Assembly (NCBI GenBank): GCA_965222375.1
Contig: CBDCTZ010000015.1
Location: 608,001 to 672,000 of the forward strand
Length of the DNA stretch: 64,000 nt
Reading direction: 5' to 3'
Source: Polyangiaceae bacterium
Lineage (GTDB): Bacteria > Myxococcota_A > Polyangia > Polyangiales > Polyangiaceae
Both the position numbers and the translations under genes were made by a program. A model generated the notes under the pieces. That model was not told where the DNA came from and searched no databases. It worked only from the letters and a program-made list of their open reading frames with translations. Each line of letters opens with the position of its first letter. Within the stretch, counting starts at the first letter, position 1. Below, piece after piece: positions 48,707 to 58,116 of the stretch.

Positions 48707-48855
48707 GGCCTCACCTCGCCTTCCCGGTACGCTAGATCGCTCGGCGCCCGCGCGCACGGACGCCAATATTTGGATGCGAGCTTCGTCATGTCCGAGCCAG
48801 TCCGCATCCGTAAACGCTGTTGATGTAGGTCAAGTATCGGGCATACCATCAGGCC

Positions 48856-49536
48856 ATGTCTCAGTTATCCAAGCTGGCTGACAACATCTGGTGCGTCGAT
48901 CGCCCGTTGCGTTTCCTCGGCTTCGAGATGGGCACGCGCATGACGGTCGTTCGAATCGCGGACACCTTGTGGGTGCATTCACCGGTTGAGCTCGACGACG
49001 CCTTGAAGCAAGAGCTCGACGCCTTGGGCAGCGTGCGCTGGGTGGTCGCACCCAATCGCTATCACCACTTGTACGTGCCAAGCTTCGCGCGCGCCTATCC
49101 CGAGGCCGACATGTTTTGCTGTCCAGGCTTGCAGAAGAAGCGTCCTGATATCGAATTCAAGGGCGAGCTGTCCGGCGCGCTGGACGAATGGGCCTCGGAT
49201 TTCGATTGCACATTGGTCGGTGGCGCGCCGATCTTCAACGAGCTGCTTTTCTGTCATCGCGCAAGCCGGACGCTGATTGCGACAGACATCTTCATCAACA
49301 TGGGTCGGTCCGAAGAGCACGCACCGACGCGCTGGCTGTTGAAGATCGACGGTGCCTACGACAAGTTGGCAGCACCTCGCACCTTCAAGTATCTGTTCAC
49401 TCGTGACCGCACCAAGCTGAAAGCCTCTGTCGACGTGATGCTGAACTGGAACTTCGACCGCGCCATCATGGCTCACGGCAGCGTCGTCGACTCAGGCGCC
49501 AAGCCGACAGTAAGCGAAGCATTCCGCTGGCTCTAG
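48856..49536 (+). CDS. DUF4336 family metallo-beta-lactamase-like protein
   Basis: TRMTVVR, VHSPV, APNRYHHLY, HRASRTLIATD and IMAHG. Confidence 0.88.
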   Translation: MSQLSKLADNIWCVDRPLRFLGFEMGTRMTVVRIADTLWVHSPVELDDALKQELDALGSVRWVVAPNRYHHLYVPSFARAYPEADMFCCPGLQKKRPDIEFKGELSGALDEWASDFDCTLVGGAPIFNELLFCHRASRTLIATDIFINMGRSEEHAPTRWLLKIDGAYDKLAAPRTFKYLFTRDRTKLKASVDVMLNWNFDRAIMAHGSVVDSGAKPTVSEAFRWL

Positions 49537-49742
49537 GCGCGCCTTGGGCGTGGTCGAGTCCCCCCCGCTGCCACGCGGTTCGGCACGAGAGGATTCGACG
49601 CCCATGGTCGAAAACTGGCGCGGGACCGCGGGTTGGACCGACGAAGCGACCAACGGTGCATGGTGCGCCCAGTGCCGCACGCTCGATGCGCGCTGCTGGC
49701 AGTCTAGACTGTGACTCTTGTTGACACATGGGGTAAGGTAAG

Positions 49743-51161
49743 ATGATGCGGCCATGTGACACAGGAACACTAGGCCCTGCCAAAGTCCTCGCCGTCGGTT
49801 GCTTGGTTGGGCTACTCGGTTGTGGTCGAGTGCTCGGCATCTCGGATCTCGAGTACACCGACAATTCTGGAACCGGTGGCGAGGGAATGACCGGCAGCGG
49901 GGGAACGGCCGGCGGAGGCAGCGGAAACGCGGGCACCGGCAGTGGCGGGATTGACGGCGGCGGAGGCAGCAGCGACGGCGGGTTGGCCGGAGCCGGGGGT
50001 GCTGCGGGTAGTGGACTGATCTGCGACCCGAGCGCGTTAGCGTTGCCCGTAGCATCGGCCCAGAAAGTCAAACCATCCAGCGCGGGCGCGCCTGCGGTTG
50101 GGATCCGCACTCCAGAGCCGGTTTTCGGAACTCCGCTGGTACGATTGACAGACCAGACTGATGGTCAAGATTGCACGCTCCCCTATCCCCAGCCCGTTGC
50201 CCCCGACGGGCTGAGTATCGCCTATGGTTGTGGAGACAAGAAGGCCCTCACGTTGGCCGTGGCTCGCCTCGACTCTCAATCCTTGGCTTCCCAGCAGAAG
50301 CTGATCGTGCCGCCAATCCCTGGAGGTGGAGCACCCAGGTTCGAAGCCCAGTGGAGCGGAAAGGACGCCCTCTTTCTCCACGACGGCAAGCGCGTAACCC
50401 GTTTTGACTTGGTCCAGAAGAAGCACGAGTTGATTCGCGACTTCAGCGGCGGCTTGGGCGGAGCAGAGATCCATTCCCTTTCGGTCAGTGCCGACGGTAC
50501 CCGCTTCGCATTCACGCGAGGCAGCGACGGCCCCTACACGGTTTGGCACCGAGGAAGTGACACCCTCGAGCACTACTCAGAACCGGATGCCCAATTGGTG
50601 GAGCTTGATGCGTCCGGGCAGTGGTTGTTCGCGCAGCGATTTGGCTCCGCCCCGTGGCTTCGCATCCACAACGTTGGCAAAGGTGCCGCCGACCCTGGCG
50701 TGCTGCTCAACACCGGCGCACCACACTACGCACCCGAGCGCCGCGCAGCCTTTGTAGGATTCCAACTGCTGGGTGGAGTCCACAACGCCACACCCAATGG
50801 CGTTGCTGCGATTCTCAAACGCCCCAGCAACGCTCCGACAACATTCTCCACTCTCGTTCAGCTCCCCGGAAACGGACTTGCGCGCGAAATGCGCGACCTG
50901 CCGGCCTGGAGCGCGGTTTCAATCTACAACTCGTCGCCCGGACCGCTCTCCAACGAATTGGCGTTGTTCTCTTTGGACGGCAAGCTGGCGCGTCGCCTGG
51001 CGCATCACCGGGCGTCCACTCCTGGGTTCTTCGTGCCCGCGCTCCATCCCAGCGCCAACGGATGCACTGTGGCGTATGTCAGCAATTGGCTCAAATCCTT
51101 GCCGCTACCCGGCGGTGGCTTGGGCGCTAGCCATGTGTTCGTGCTCGACTTGCGTCTGTAG
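49743..51161 (+). CDS. Lipoprotein with Gly linker and beta-propeller-like domain
   Basis: LLGC lipobox, SADGTRF and DASGQW blades, and RRLAHHR. Confidence 0.8.
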   Translation: MMRPCDTGTLGPAKVLAVGCLVGLLGCGRVLGISDLEYTDNSGTGGEGMTGSGGTAGGGSGNAGTGSGGIDGGGGSSDGGLAGAGGAAGSGLICDPSALALPVASAQKVKPSSAGAPAVGIRTPEPVFGTPLVRLTDQTDGQDCTLPYPQPVAPDGLSIAYGCGDKKALTLAVARLDSQSLASQQKLIVPPIPGGGAPRFEAQWSGKDALFLHDGKRVTRFDLVQKKHELIRDFSGGLGGAEIHSLSVSADGTRFAFTRGSDGPYTVWHRGSDTLEHYSEPDAQLVELDASGQWLFAQRFGSAPWLRIHNVGKGAADPGVLLNTGAPHYAPERRAAFVGFQLLGGVHNATPNGVAAILKRPSNAPTTFSTLVQLPGNGLAREMRDLPAWSAVSIYNSSPGPLSNELALFSLDGKLARRLAHHRASTPGFFVPALHPSANGCTVAYVSNWLKSLPLPGGGLGASHVFVLDLRL

Positions 51162-51305
51162 CCGCTGCTTGCATCCAGGTGAGACCCGGCAGGTCCCACA
51201 GTCGAGCAACCCACATCTCACCGCTGCTGGTCAATGAGTGCGTTGGGCGCGCGCTTCAACGCAAGTCCATACCCGATCTTCCGCCTCCAAGCGTGCCAGT
51301 TGCGG

Positions 51306-52619
51306 TCACCTCCGAACCCTGCCGGCGCGCTCCACCATGCGGTACAAGGTCGGGCGCGATACCTCCGCGAGCTCCGCCGCTCGGGTCATGGTGTTACGTG
51401 CACGAACCAGCAAGTGGGCAACATATTCTTTGTCGAAACGCGACACCACTTGCTCGCGAGCCTCGTGATAGGGCAACCCCAGCAGATCCAAGTCGTTCTC
51501 TGCCGGCTCGGAACGCGCATCAAAAAGGGCATCAGCGTCCCGGGCTCCAAGAAGTGCGTACCGATTCACGACGTTGCGCAGCTCCCGCACATTGCCGGGC
51601 CAATGGTACGATTCAATCAGTCGCCTCAGGTCATCAGGCACGTCGACAGTTCCATCCTGCGCAGCTTGACGCAGAAACGCTGTGGCCAAATGCAGAACAT
51701 CCTCGCGACGGTCTCGCAAGGGTGGAATCGTGACCCGCGCACCCGCAATCCGATAGTAGAGATCCTGACGAAAGTCCGCCTGATTGGTAGCATCGACTAG
51801 CGAACCATTCGTCGCCGAGATTACGCGCACATTCACGGGATGACTCTTGGAAGTTCCGATTGGCGTCACTTCTCGCTGCTCGATCGCGCGCAAGAGCTTC
51901 GGTTGTGCCTCTTTGGGCAATCTACCGATTCCGTCCAAGAAAAGGGTGCCGCCGTCTGCTGCCTCGAACATTCCAACCCTGGCAACATGTGCACCGGCAA
52001 ACGCTCCTTCCACATAGCCGAAAAGTTCAGCTTCGAGCAGCCCTTGGGGAATGGCACCACAATCCACGACGACGAAAGGACCATCACGCCTATTCGACTC
52101 CGCATGCAACGCACGCGCGATGACCTCCTTGCCTGTACCAATTTCCCCTTCGAGCAGTACCGGCATCTCCGTCGCCGCAAGCCGTTCCAGAGATGCAAAT
52201 AAGTGTCGCATTGCTGGCGACACGCCGATCGCTGAGCCGAAAGTGATCTTCTCACTGAGGTTCAACTCAGTAGCTTCGGAGCTGGGGTTCACAGAGAGCT
52301 TGCTGTTGCCGATCTGGAGCACAGTCGCCGAGGTGATTACGGCGTGGGTGACTCGAAGACCGCCGATCCACGTGCCGTTCTTGCTACCTTCGTCGCGAAC
52401 TTCGATCCCGTCGGTGGTCGGTAACAATCTCAAGTGTTCACGAGAAACCGTTGGGTCCCGGAGCGTCAGGTGTGCCTCAGCTCCACTACCCACAAGGAAC
52501 ACCGGAACCTCTATGTTCGCACGGGCGCTCGAATCCACGCCTTCGAGCACCTCTATGGTCGCAGTTCGAACGCAGGGCTTCCTCCCGGGAGCTTCGACGG
52601 TTTGGGTCGCCTCGGCCAT
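51306..52619 (-). CDS. FHA-domain sigma54 enhancer-binding protein with degenerate ATPase motifs
   Basis: FHA (DPTVSREH, SKNGT), GEIGTGKE, GAFAGA, FLDGIG, WPGNVREL and HTH. Confidence 0.9.
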   Translation of the reverse strand: MAEATQTVEAPGRKPCVRTATIEVLEGVDSSARANIEVPVFLVGSGAEAHLTLRDPTVSREHLRLLPTTDGIEVRDEGSKNGTWIGGLRVTHAVITSATVLQIGNSKLSVNPSSEATELNLSEKITFGSAIGVSPAMRHLFASLERLAATEMPVLLEGEIGTGKEVIARALHAESNRRDGPFVVVDCGAIPQGLLEAELFGYVEGAFAGAHVARVGMFEAADGGTLFLDGIGRLPKEAQPKLLRAIEQREVTPIGTSKSHPVNVRVISATNGSLVDATNQADFRQDLYYRIAGARVTIPPLRDRREDVLHLATAFLRQAAQDGTVDVPDDLRRLIESYHWPGNVRELRNVVNRYALLGARDADALFDARSEPAENDLDLLGLPYHEAREQVVSRFDKEYVAHLLVRARNTMTRAAELAEVSRPTLYRMVERAGRVRR

Positions 52620-52713
52620 GGCGGCTCGCATCGTAGCGCAAAACGATTCTTCGATGAAGTCGCGCCAACTGGATGACATGCTAGAGTGCGAATGTTTCTC
52701 TCCAACCTCGGCG

Positions 52714-54084
52714 ATGTTCGAACCGAAACCTGACACCGTCATCGACAACCGCTGGCGGCTCCTTGACCTCCTCGCCAGTGGCGGCATGGGCTCCGTGTGG
52801 AAGGGCCGCCACGAAAAGCTCGGCAGCGCAGCAGCCATCAAGTTCATGTTGCCGACGGGCGCGGCGACAGATGAAGCTCGGCGCCGGTTCGAACGGGAAG
52901 CCGTGGCAGTCGCGCAATTGAAAAGTCCCAACGTGGTGCGGGTTCTCGATCACGGCCTGGTGAAGGGTGTGCCCTATACCGTCATGGAGTTGCTCGAGGG
53001 AGAAGATCTCGCGACGCGACTGCGTCACAGGCGGCGCTTGAGCGTGTCGGAGTGTTGCGAACTATTGGAGCAAGCGTGCCAGGGCCTCTCCGAAGCACAC
53101 GCCGCTGGCATCGTGCATCGAGATCTGAAACCCGCCAACCTGTTCATCACAAAAGAGCGTGGCAAGGACCTGCTCAAGGTCCTTGATTTCGGCGTGGCCA
53201 AGGCGCTCGATGTGGACGGTGAGCAAACGAGCAGCGGCGTGATCATAGGTTCTCCGCAATACATGAGCCCGGAGCAGGCTCGCGCCCAGCCAATAGATGC
53301 GCGGTCAGACCTCTGGTCGCTGGGCGTCATTGCCTTTCGGCTATTGTCGGGAAGGCGTCTATTCGTCGGACGCGACGTCGTCGACACGATGTTGCAGATC
53401 TGTCATAGCGACATCCCCCTAGCATCGAAGCTGCCGGAGGACGTTCCTGTCTCGGTACACGAATTCTTGAAAACTGCCTTGGATCGGGATCCAAACAAGC
53501 GATTTCAAACGGCAGAGGAAATGGGCGCTGCGTTCAAGGCGTTAGGCGAGGCGCATTCGGACCACGCCCCGATCATCGAGCCAACGACGCCGAGCGCAAG
53601 CATCAGCGTGCCACCACAACGGGTTGAGCGGATTCGCACTCAGCTCGCCTCAGGCGCAGGCACCGCCAGCCTTGTGCACGAAGCAACCGACATGCCAAGT
53701 CGCTCCGTAGCAGCACGGCACGGAGCACAGCGCCGTCGCAAGTGGGTTGCCACCATGTTCATTTCAAGCGTCCTTGTGCTTGGCGTCTGGTGGGCAACCC
53801 GCGGTTCTTCCAAGGAGCACCTTCGGACAAACGTGGGCACGGAAGACGACGCGCCTCCGATCCACAAGTCCTTGCCAGGTTCTGCGGCACCACCCACAGC
53901 ACATTCGGCACCTTCTGCAGACGCAGCAGCCGAACCGCGGGTCGTTCTGGAACCACCGCCACCTGCAGCAACGGCATCTCCAACACGGAAGGTGAAGAAG
54001 AACACCGGAAAGGCGCACCCCACCAACCCCACGCCAAAGCCAAAGCCCAGCCCCCAACAAAAACACCCCATATTTGGTATATGA
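52714..54084 (+). CDS. Membrane Ser/Thr protein kinase (Hanks type)
   Basis: GGMGSV, AIK, HRDLKPAN, DFG, YMSPEQ and DLWSLG, followed by a TM and a Pro-rich tail. Confidence 0.93.
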   Translation: MFEPKPDTVIDNRWRLLDLLASGGMGSVWKGRHEKLGSAAAIKFMLPTGAATDEARRRFEREAVAVAQLKSPNVVRVLDHGLVKGVPYTVMELLEGEDLATRLRHRRRLSVSECCELLEQACQGLSEAHAAGIVHRDLKPANLFITKERGKDLLKVLDFGVAKALDVDGEQTSSGVIIGSPQYMSPEQARAQPIDARSDLWSLGVIAFRLLSGRRLFVGRDVVDTMLQICHSDIPLASKLPEDVPVSVHEFLKTALDRDPNKRFQTAEEMGAAFKALGEAHSDHAPIIEPTTPSASISVPPQRVERIRTQLASGAGTASLVHEATDMPSRSVAARHGAQRRRKWVATMFISSVLVLGVWWATRGSSKEHLRTNVGTEDDAPPIHKSLPGSAAPPTAHSAPSADAAAEPRVVLEPPPPAATASPTRKVKKNTGKAHPTNPTPKPKPSPQQKHPIFGI

Positions 54085-55013
54085 GTCTGATGCGCGCGCG
54101 CTGGATTCTGATTATCGCGCTCTTCGCTGCAAGCGCCGCGGGTCAGCCAGCGGACAACGCGGAAGGGCCCACGACTCACCAGGAAGTAGCCAGAATCGCA
54201 CGTGCGCAAGGCGAGTTGGGACTCCGGGCATATGAAGCCGGACGCTGGGCAGTTGCGCTAGGCCACTTCGAAAATGCCCACCGGCGCGTAGCCGCGCCGA
54301 CCTTCCTTCTATTCACTGCTAGGTGTCAGGCCAAACTCGGGCAGCTACTCCGTGCTCGCGACAGCTACCGGGGTGTTCGAGACACCAAGCTGGATGCCGA
54401 CGCACCCGAACAGTTCAGGCAAGCGGTCATTGATGCCCGCACGGAGCTGGCGGCGCTGGCAACCCGAATCCCAACCCTGCGAGTGAAGGCACCCGCCAAG
54501 GCGCGAGTCGCGATCGACGGGAGGCCCGCGGCTGCGGCGTTGTCAGAGGGCATTCAGTTGGATCCTGGTCCCCATGAGATTGTTGTGACCCTTCCCGGCG
54601 GCGAGACGCGCCGCGAGCGGACAACGCTATCAGAAGGCGCAAACGCCATCGTGGACGCGACGTCGGCAGTCCGCGGAGCATCGAGGAACGTTCAACCGAA
54701 GCGGAAAAAGCAAGGAGTTGGTGCTGCACCGTTGGTTGCCTTTGGCGTTGGTGCTGCGGGGCTCGTCGTCGGAGCGGTGGCGGGTGCCGTCGCGTGGGGG
54801 CAGGCCGAGGATGTGAAGGATCAGTGCAAGGGCAAGACTTGCCCAGTTGGCGTCAAAGACGACGCAGAACAAGCGAACCGAATCGCCTTGGCGTCTACGA
54901 TAGGTTTCGTCATCTTCGGTGTGGCTACAGCGACCGGCACCGTGCTGTTGACCATCGAGCCGAGCAACAGCACCACTGGCGCGCACCGTCTCACACTAGG
55001 CGGCGTCTTCTGA
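54081..55013 (+). CDS. TPR + PEGA-like exported protein
   Basis: Signal peptide, TPR helices, IDG..LDPGPHEI and C-terminal hydrophobic helices. ATGA coupling to the kinase. Confidence 0.85.
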   Translation: MSLMRARWILIIALFAASAAGQPADNAEGPTTHQEVARIARAQGELGLRAYEAGRWAVALGHFENAHRRVAAPTFLLFTARCQAKLGQLLRARDSYRGVRDTKLDADAPEQFRQAVIDARTELAALATRIPTLRVKAPAKARVAIDGRPAAAALSEGIQLDPGPHEIVVTLPGGETRRERTTLSEGANAIVDATSAVRGASRNVQPKRKKQGVGAAPLVAFGVGAAGLVVGAVAGAVAWGQAEDVKDQCKGKTCPVGVKDDAEQANRIALASTIGFVIFGVATATGTVLLTIEPSNSTTGAHRLTLGGVF

Positions 55014-55093
55014 GCGAAGTCGACCGAAAACGAATGCAGAATTGCGATGCTCGAGGTGGCGCAGCGCCCAGCGTTTGGGAAGCACCAGACGGG

Positions 55094-55309
55094 CTATGAG
55101 CACTCGCACTTCCCTGTCGCATAGTTGCCGCGGAAGTAGGCGCCCTCCTTGCTGCAACAGTGCTCGCAGTCGTTCTTCGCCGGTGAGCCAGGCGGCACGT
55201 TGGCGTTCCCGTTGACGTTTTTGCCTTTGCACGCTTTGGTGGCTGCGCTCTCGCAACCGATTGAGAGGGTTGTCGCCAGAATAGCTAGAAGAGTTGCACT
55301 TACACGCAT
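55094..55309 (-). CDS. Small Cys-rich lipoprotein, defensin-like
   Basis: LSIGC lipobox. The mature part has C..CEHCC..GKCEC. Confidence 0.7.
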   Translation of the reverse strand: MRVSATLLAILATTLSIGCESAATKACKGKNVNGNANVPPGSPAKNDCEHCCSKEGAYFRGNYATGKCECS

Positions 55310-55567
55310 ACTCACACTGTACCTGTGCCCGCTTCGGCGTTCAACGGCGACTACAGAATCTTATCCACGCGTTAATCTTCGACGCGCAGTAGCGACTACT
55401 ACGTAACGGTGACGTTACTCCTTCACCATCAACTTTGCGCTTTCTCTCTCATCGACTGTAACGCGTGCATTCCAACTTGCTACACTGACTTTACAGCGGT
55501 GGTGGCATCGCACCGAAAGACGTAGTGTTCTTGCCGCTCGAACCATTGGTGTAAGCGTGCTAGTTCC

Positions 55568-57352
55568 GTGAACATGCCAAGCTACGGGACGCGAACAATT
55601 CATCCATTGCTACTACTGGTGTCGATTGTCGGAGCGTGTGGAAGCGACGCCGACGATGTTGATGGCAAAGCAGGGAGCGGCGGTGGCGCAAACATCGACG
55701 GCGGAGCGGGCGTTGGCGGTGTTGCAGGTGGTGGCGGTGCGGACGCAGGCACTGCTGCAGATGCCGATGCTGGTTCGCCCGACGCGGCGGGCGGCCACAA
55801 TTTTTCGACCAGCGCTCTAGGGATCCCAGCGCCTCCGTTCGGGATCGACGAAGTCCCTGAGATGTACAAGGGGCAGCCGGGATTTTCCAACGCTGGAGGC
55901 GGTCCCTACACCCACTACGTGGACAACTCGAAGCCCTGCGACGATTCCGGAAATGGAACCGAAGCGAACCCACGATGCACGATTCCCGCCGTGATTCCGG
56001 CCAAGAGCGTCGTGGAAGTGCATGGTGGGCCCTACGTACTGTCCAAGAAGGCCACAATGTTCACGTTTGCTGGGTCCGCCGCTGAGCCGGCATTCTTGCG
56101 GGCGGTGGGTTCAGTTATTTTCGACAGTGAGGGCGAACGGTTCAACGTTGAGTTCAGAGGATCCTACGGGATCGTCGACGGTTTCAAAGCCATCGGCGGA
56201 GCCACATTCCGGTTGGGCGACGCCGCATCCCATCATATGTCACTGAGGAATTCCGAAGTCGACTACGGGGATGGCAACTGCTTGGCCATCAGGGGCAAGT
56301 ACATGGTCGCCTACCGAAACCTGCTCCAGCACTGCCACCGGGGCAACGGATTCGATGCCCATGGATGCAACATCTTGGGAGGAACCGCCAACATTTGGGT
56401 CTTAGAAAACACGTCCCAATACAACTTTGGCAACGGCGTAATGTGGGGACATGGGGCGTCAACAGCGCGGCCCACGAACATCTTCATCGGGAGCAACCAA
56501 TTCGTCGGGAACCGTGAGTCCGGAGTGGCATCCAAGTTCGGCGGCAAGGACGTGATTTCCGGCAACGTGATCAGCCTCACCAAGGGATGCCAGGTCGGCA
56601 TAGACTGGTGTGCCGCAGACGGCAGCTATTGCGAAAAACCGACCGAGAGCTGCAGCAACGGACCGGGAATCGTTACAGGAGCCGATGGCGAACCCGAGCA
56701 GGAGTGGGTGATGTGGAACGTCATCCACGACTCGGCACACTGTATCCGACTCGAAGAAGCCGGTATCGCCTACTACATCGGCAACATCTGCTTCGACATC
56801 GATGGTCCGGCCATCCGCTTCGAGAAGCGAGGGCACGGGACCGTGCTTGCGCACAACACCTGGTTCGACACGAACCAAGACAGTACGGGTGCGATGGTGT
56901 TGCAAGACTGGCGTGACAAGTTCACCAATATGCGAATTCATAACAACGTATTCGACACCACCGGCAACCATCTGCTCTGGTTCGAAGATCTGAGCGGCAG
57001 TGGCGTCGTGGGGACGATGCAATGGAACTCGAACATTCACTACAATGGCGGTGCTAACTTCACGATCGATTGGAAGGGAAGCAAAACGATCTCCAACTTG
57101 TCGGATCTATCCACTCAGATGGCAGGCAAAGTTTCGACGTTTACTGGCAACATCGTGGGTGATCCGAAGTTCGTGAATCGTTCGAAACCAGACTTCGCCT
57201 TGGCGCCAAACTCACCAGCTATTGGGGCTGCCACCAGCATTCTCAAGGACCTCGACGCAATCTATAAGGCCGAGTTCGGCAACAACCTCACGATCATCCC
57301 AAACTGCTGGAGCGACGGCAACTACGATATCGGTGCTATCTGTGCTGACTAG
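55568..57352 (+). CDS. Lipoprotein with right-handed parallel beta-helix
   Basis: VGAC-GS lipobox, YVDN..GTEANP..TI, Asn-ladder repeats and DPKFVN..DFAL..SPAI..DIGA. Confidence 0.88.
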   Translation: MNMPSYGTRTIHPLLLLVSIVGACGSDADDVDGKAGSGGGANIDGGAGVGGVAGGGGADAGTAADADAGSPDAAGGHNFSTSALGIPAPPFGIDEVPEMYKGQPGFSNAGGGPYTHYVDNSKPCDDSGNGTEANPRCTIPAVIPAKSVVEVHGGPYVLSKKATMFTFAGSAAEPAFLRAVGSVIFDSEGERFNVEFRGSYGIVDGFKAIGGATFRLGDAASHHMSLRNSEVDYGDGNCLAIRGKYMVAYRNLLQHCHRGNGFDAHGCNILGGTANIWVLENTSQYNFGNGVMWGHGASTARPTNIFIGSNQFVGNRESGVASKFGGKDVISGNVISLTKGCQVGIDWCAADGSYCEKPTESCSNGPGIVTGADGEPEQEWVMWNVIHDSAHCIRLEEAGIAYYIGNICFDIDGPAIRFEKRGHGTVLAHNTWFDTNQDSTGAMVLQDWRDKFTNMRIHNNVFDTTGNHLLWFEDLSGSGVVGTMQWNSNIHYNGGANFTIDWKGSKTISNLSDLSTQMAGKVSTFTGNIVGDPKFVNRSKPDFALAPNSPAIGAATSILKDLDAIYKAEFGNNLTIIPNCWSDGNYDIGAICAD

Positions 57353-57486
57353 TCAGCGCTCGAAGAAACAACTGGAACGTCCCGAACCCGATTCCAACAT
57401 TGTTCTAAAGCGGAGCACAGACTCGCACCCTTGTCGCGCTTGGTCGCGGCGCGCTCATTCAGATCGAGGCCGAAGCGCGGCGCGGG

Positions 57487-58116
57487 CTACTTCTGGGGCG
57501 TAACGAAGAACGTCCAGGGCTTGCCGGACGCGAAGCTGCTGGTGCCCACCTCGACCCACTTGCCCTGCTGGTCTTCGAGCAACTGTCGGGCCTTGCCCGA
57601 AGGGTCGGACAACTTGCCGTGAGCGTAGATGAAACTGGCGCCGGTCTTGCCAGCGCCGTCCGGACATTTGGCCTCGTTGTGGGATGAAGTGACCGTTCCC
57701 AGAGTGAAGAACTTGGCAAACTCGCAGTTCGAGCACGGCGGCAGGTCCTTGTAGTCATCGAGGGCGTACTTGATCTCGCACTCCGTTCCGGCAACTGACT
57801 TGGCGTAGGTGTACGAACCGGTGCCTTTGGTCACGTCGATGCTGCCCAGCCACAAATCGTAGTCGCCTTTGCCTCCGCCTGCTCCGGCCTTGCCACCAAC
57901 GCCCTTGCCGCCGGTGCCTTTGCCACCGACACCCTTACCGCCAGCGCCGCCCGTCGCGCCGCCCGCGCCGCCGCTCGCAGAACCATCCACACACCACCAG
58001 CAGCCGCCATCGGGCACCGGACTGCCACCGGGTTCGTCCTCGTTGGGCTCTGCGTCACCGCAGGCTACACCGAACACCAAGACCACGAGCAGCGACGAGC
58101 CGCGCATCCTCCGCAT
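57487..58116 (-). CDS. Lipoprotein with Gly/Lys linker
   Basis: GVAC-G lipobox. Start overlaps the DUF1552 stop (TAATG). Contains CWWC and CSNC. Confidence 0.75.
   Translation of the reverse strand: MRRMRGSSLLVVLVFGVACGDAEPNEDEPGGSPVPDGGCWWCVDGSASGGAGGATGGAGGKGVGGKGTGGKGVGGKAGAGGGKGDYDLWLGSIDVTKGTGSYTYAKSVAGTECEIKYALDDYKDLPPCSNCEFAKFFTLGTVTSSHNEAKCPDGAGKTGASFIYAHGKLSDPSGKARQLLEDQQGKWVEVGTSSFASGKPWTFFVTPQK

Noticed and set aside
55351..55359. TTATCCACG DnaA-box-like 9-mer
   Set aside because: Single mismatched copy with no box cluster or oriC-context genes.
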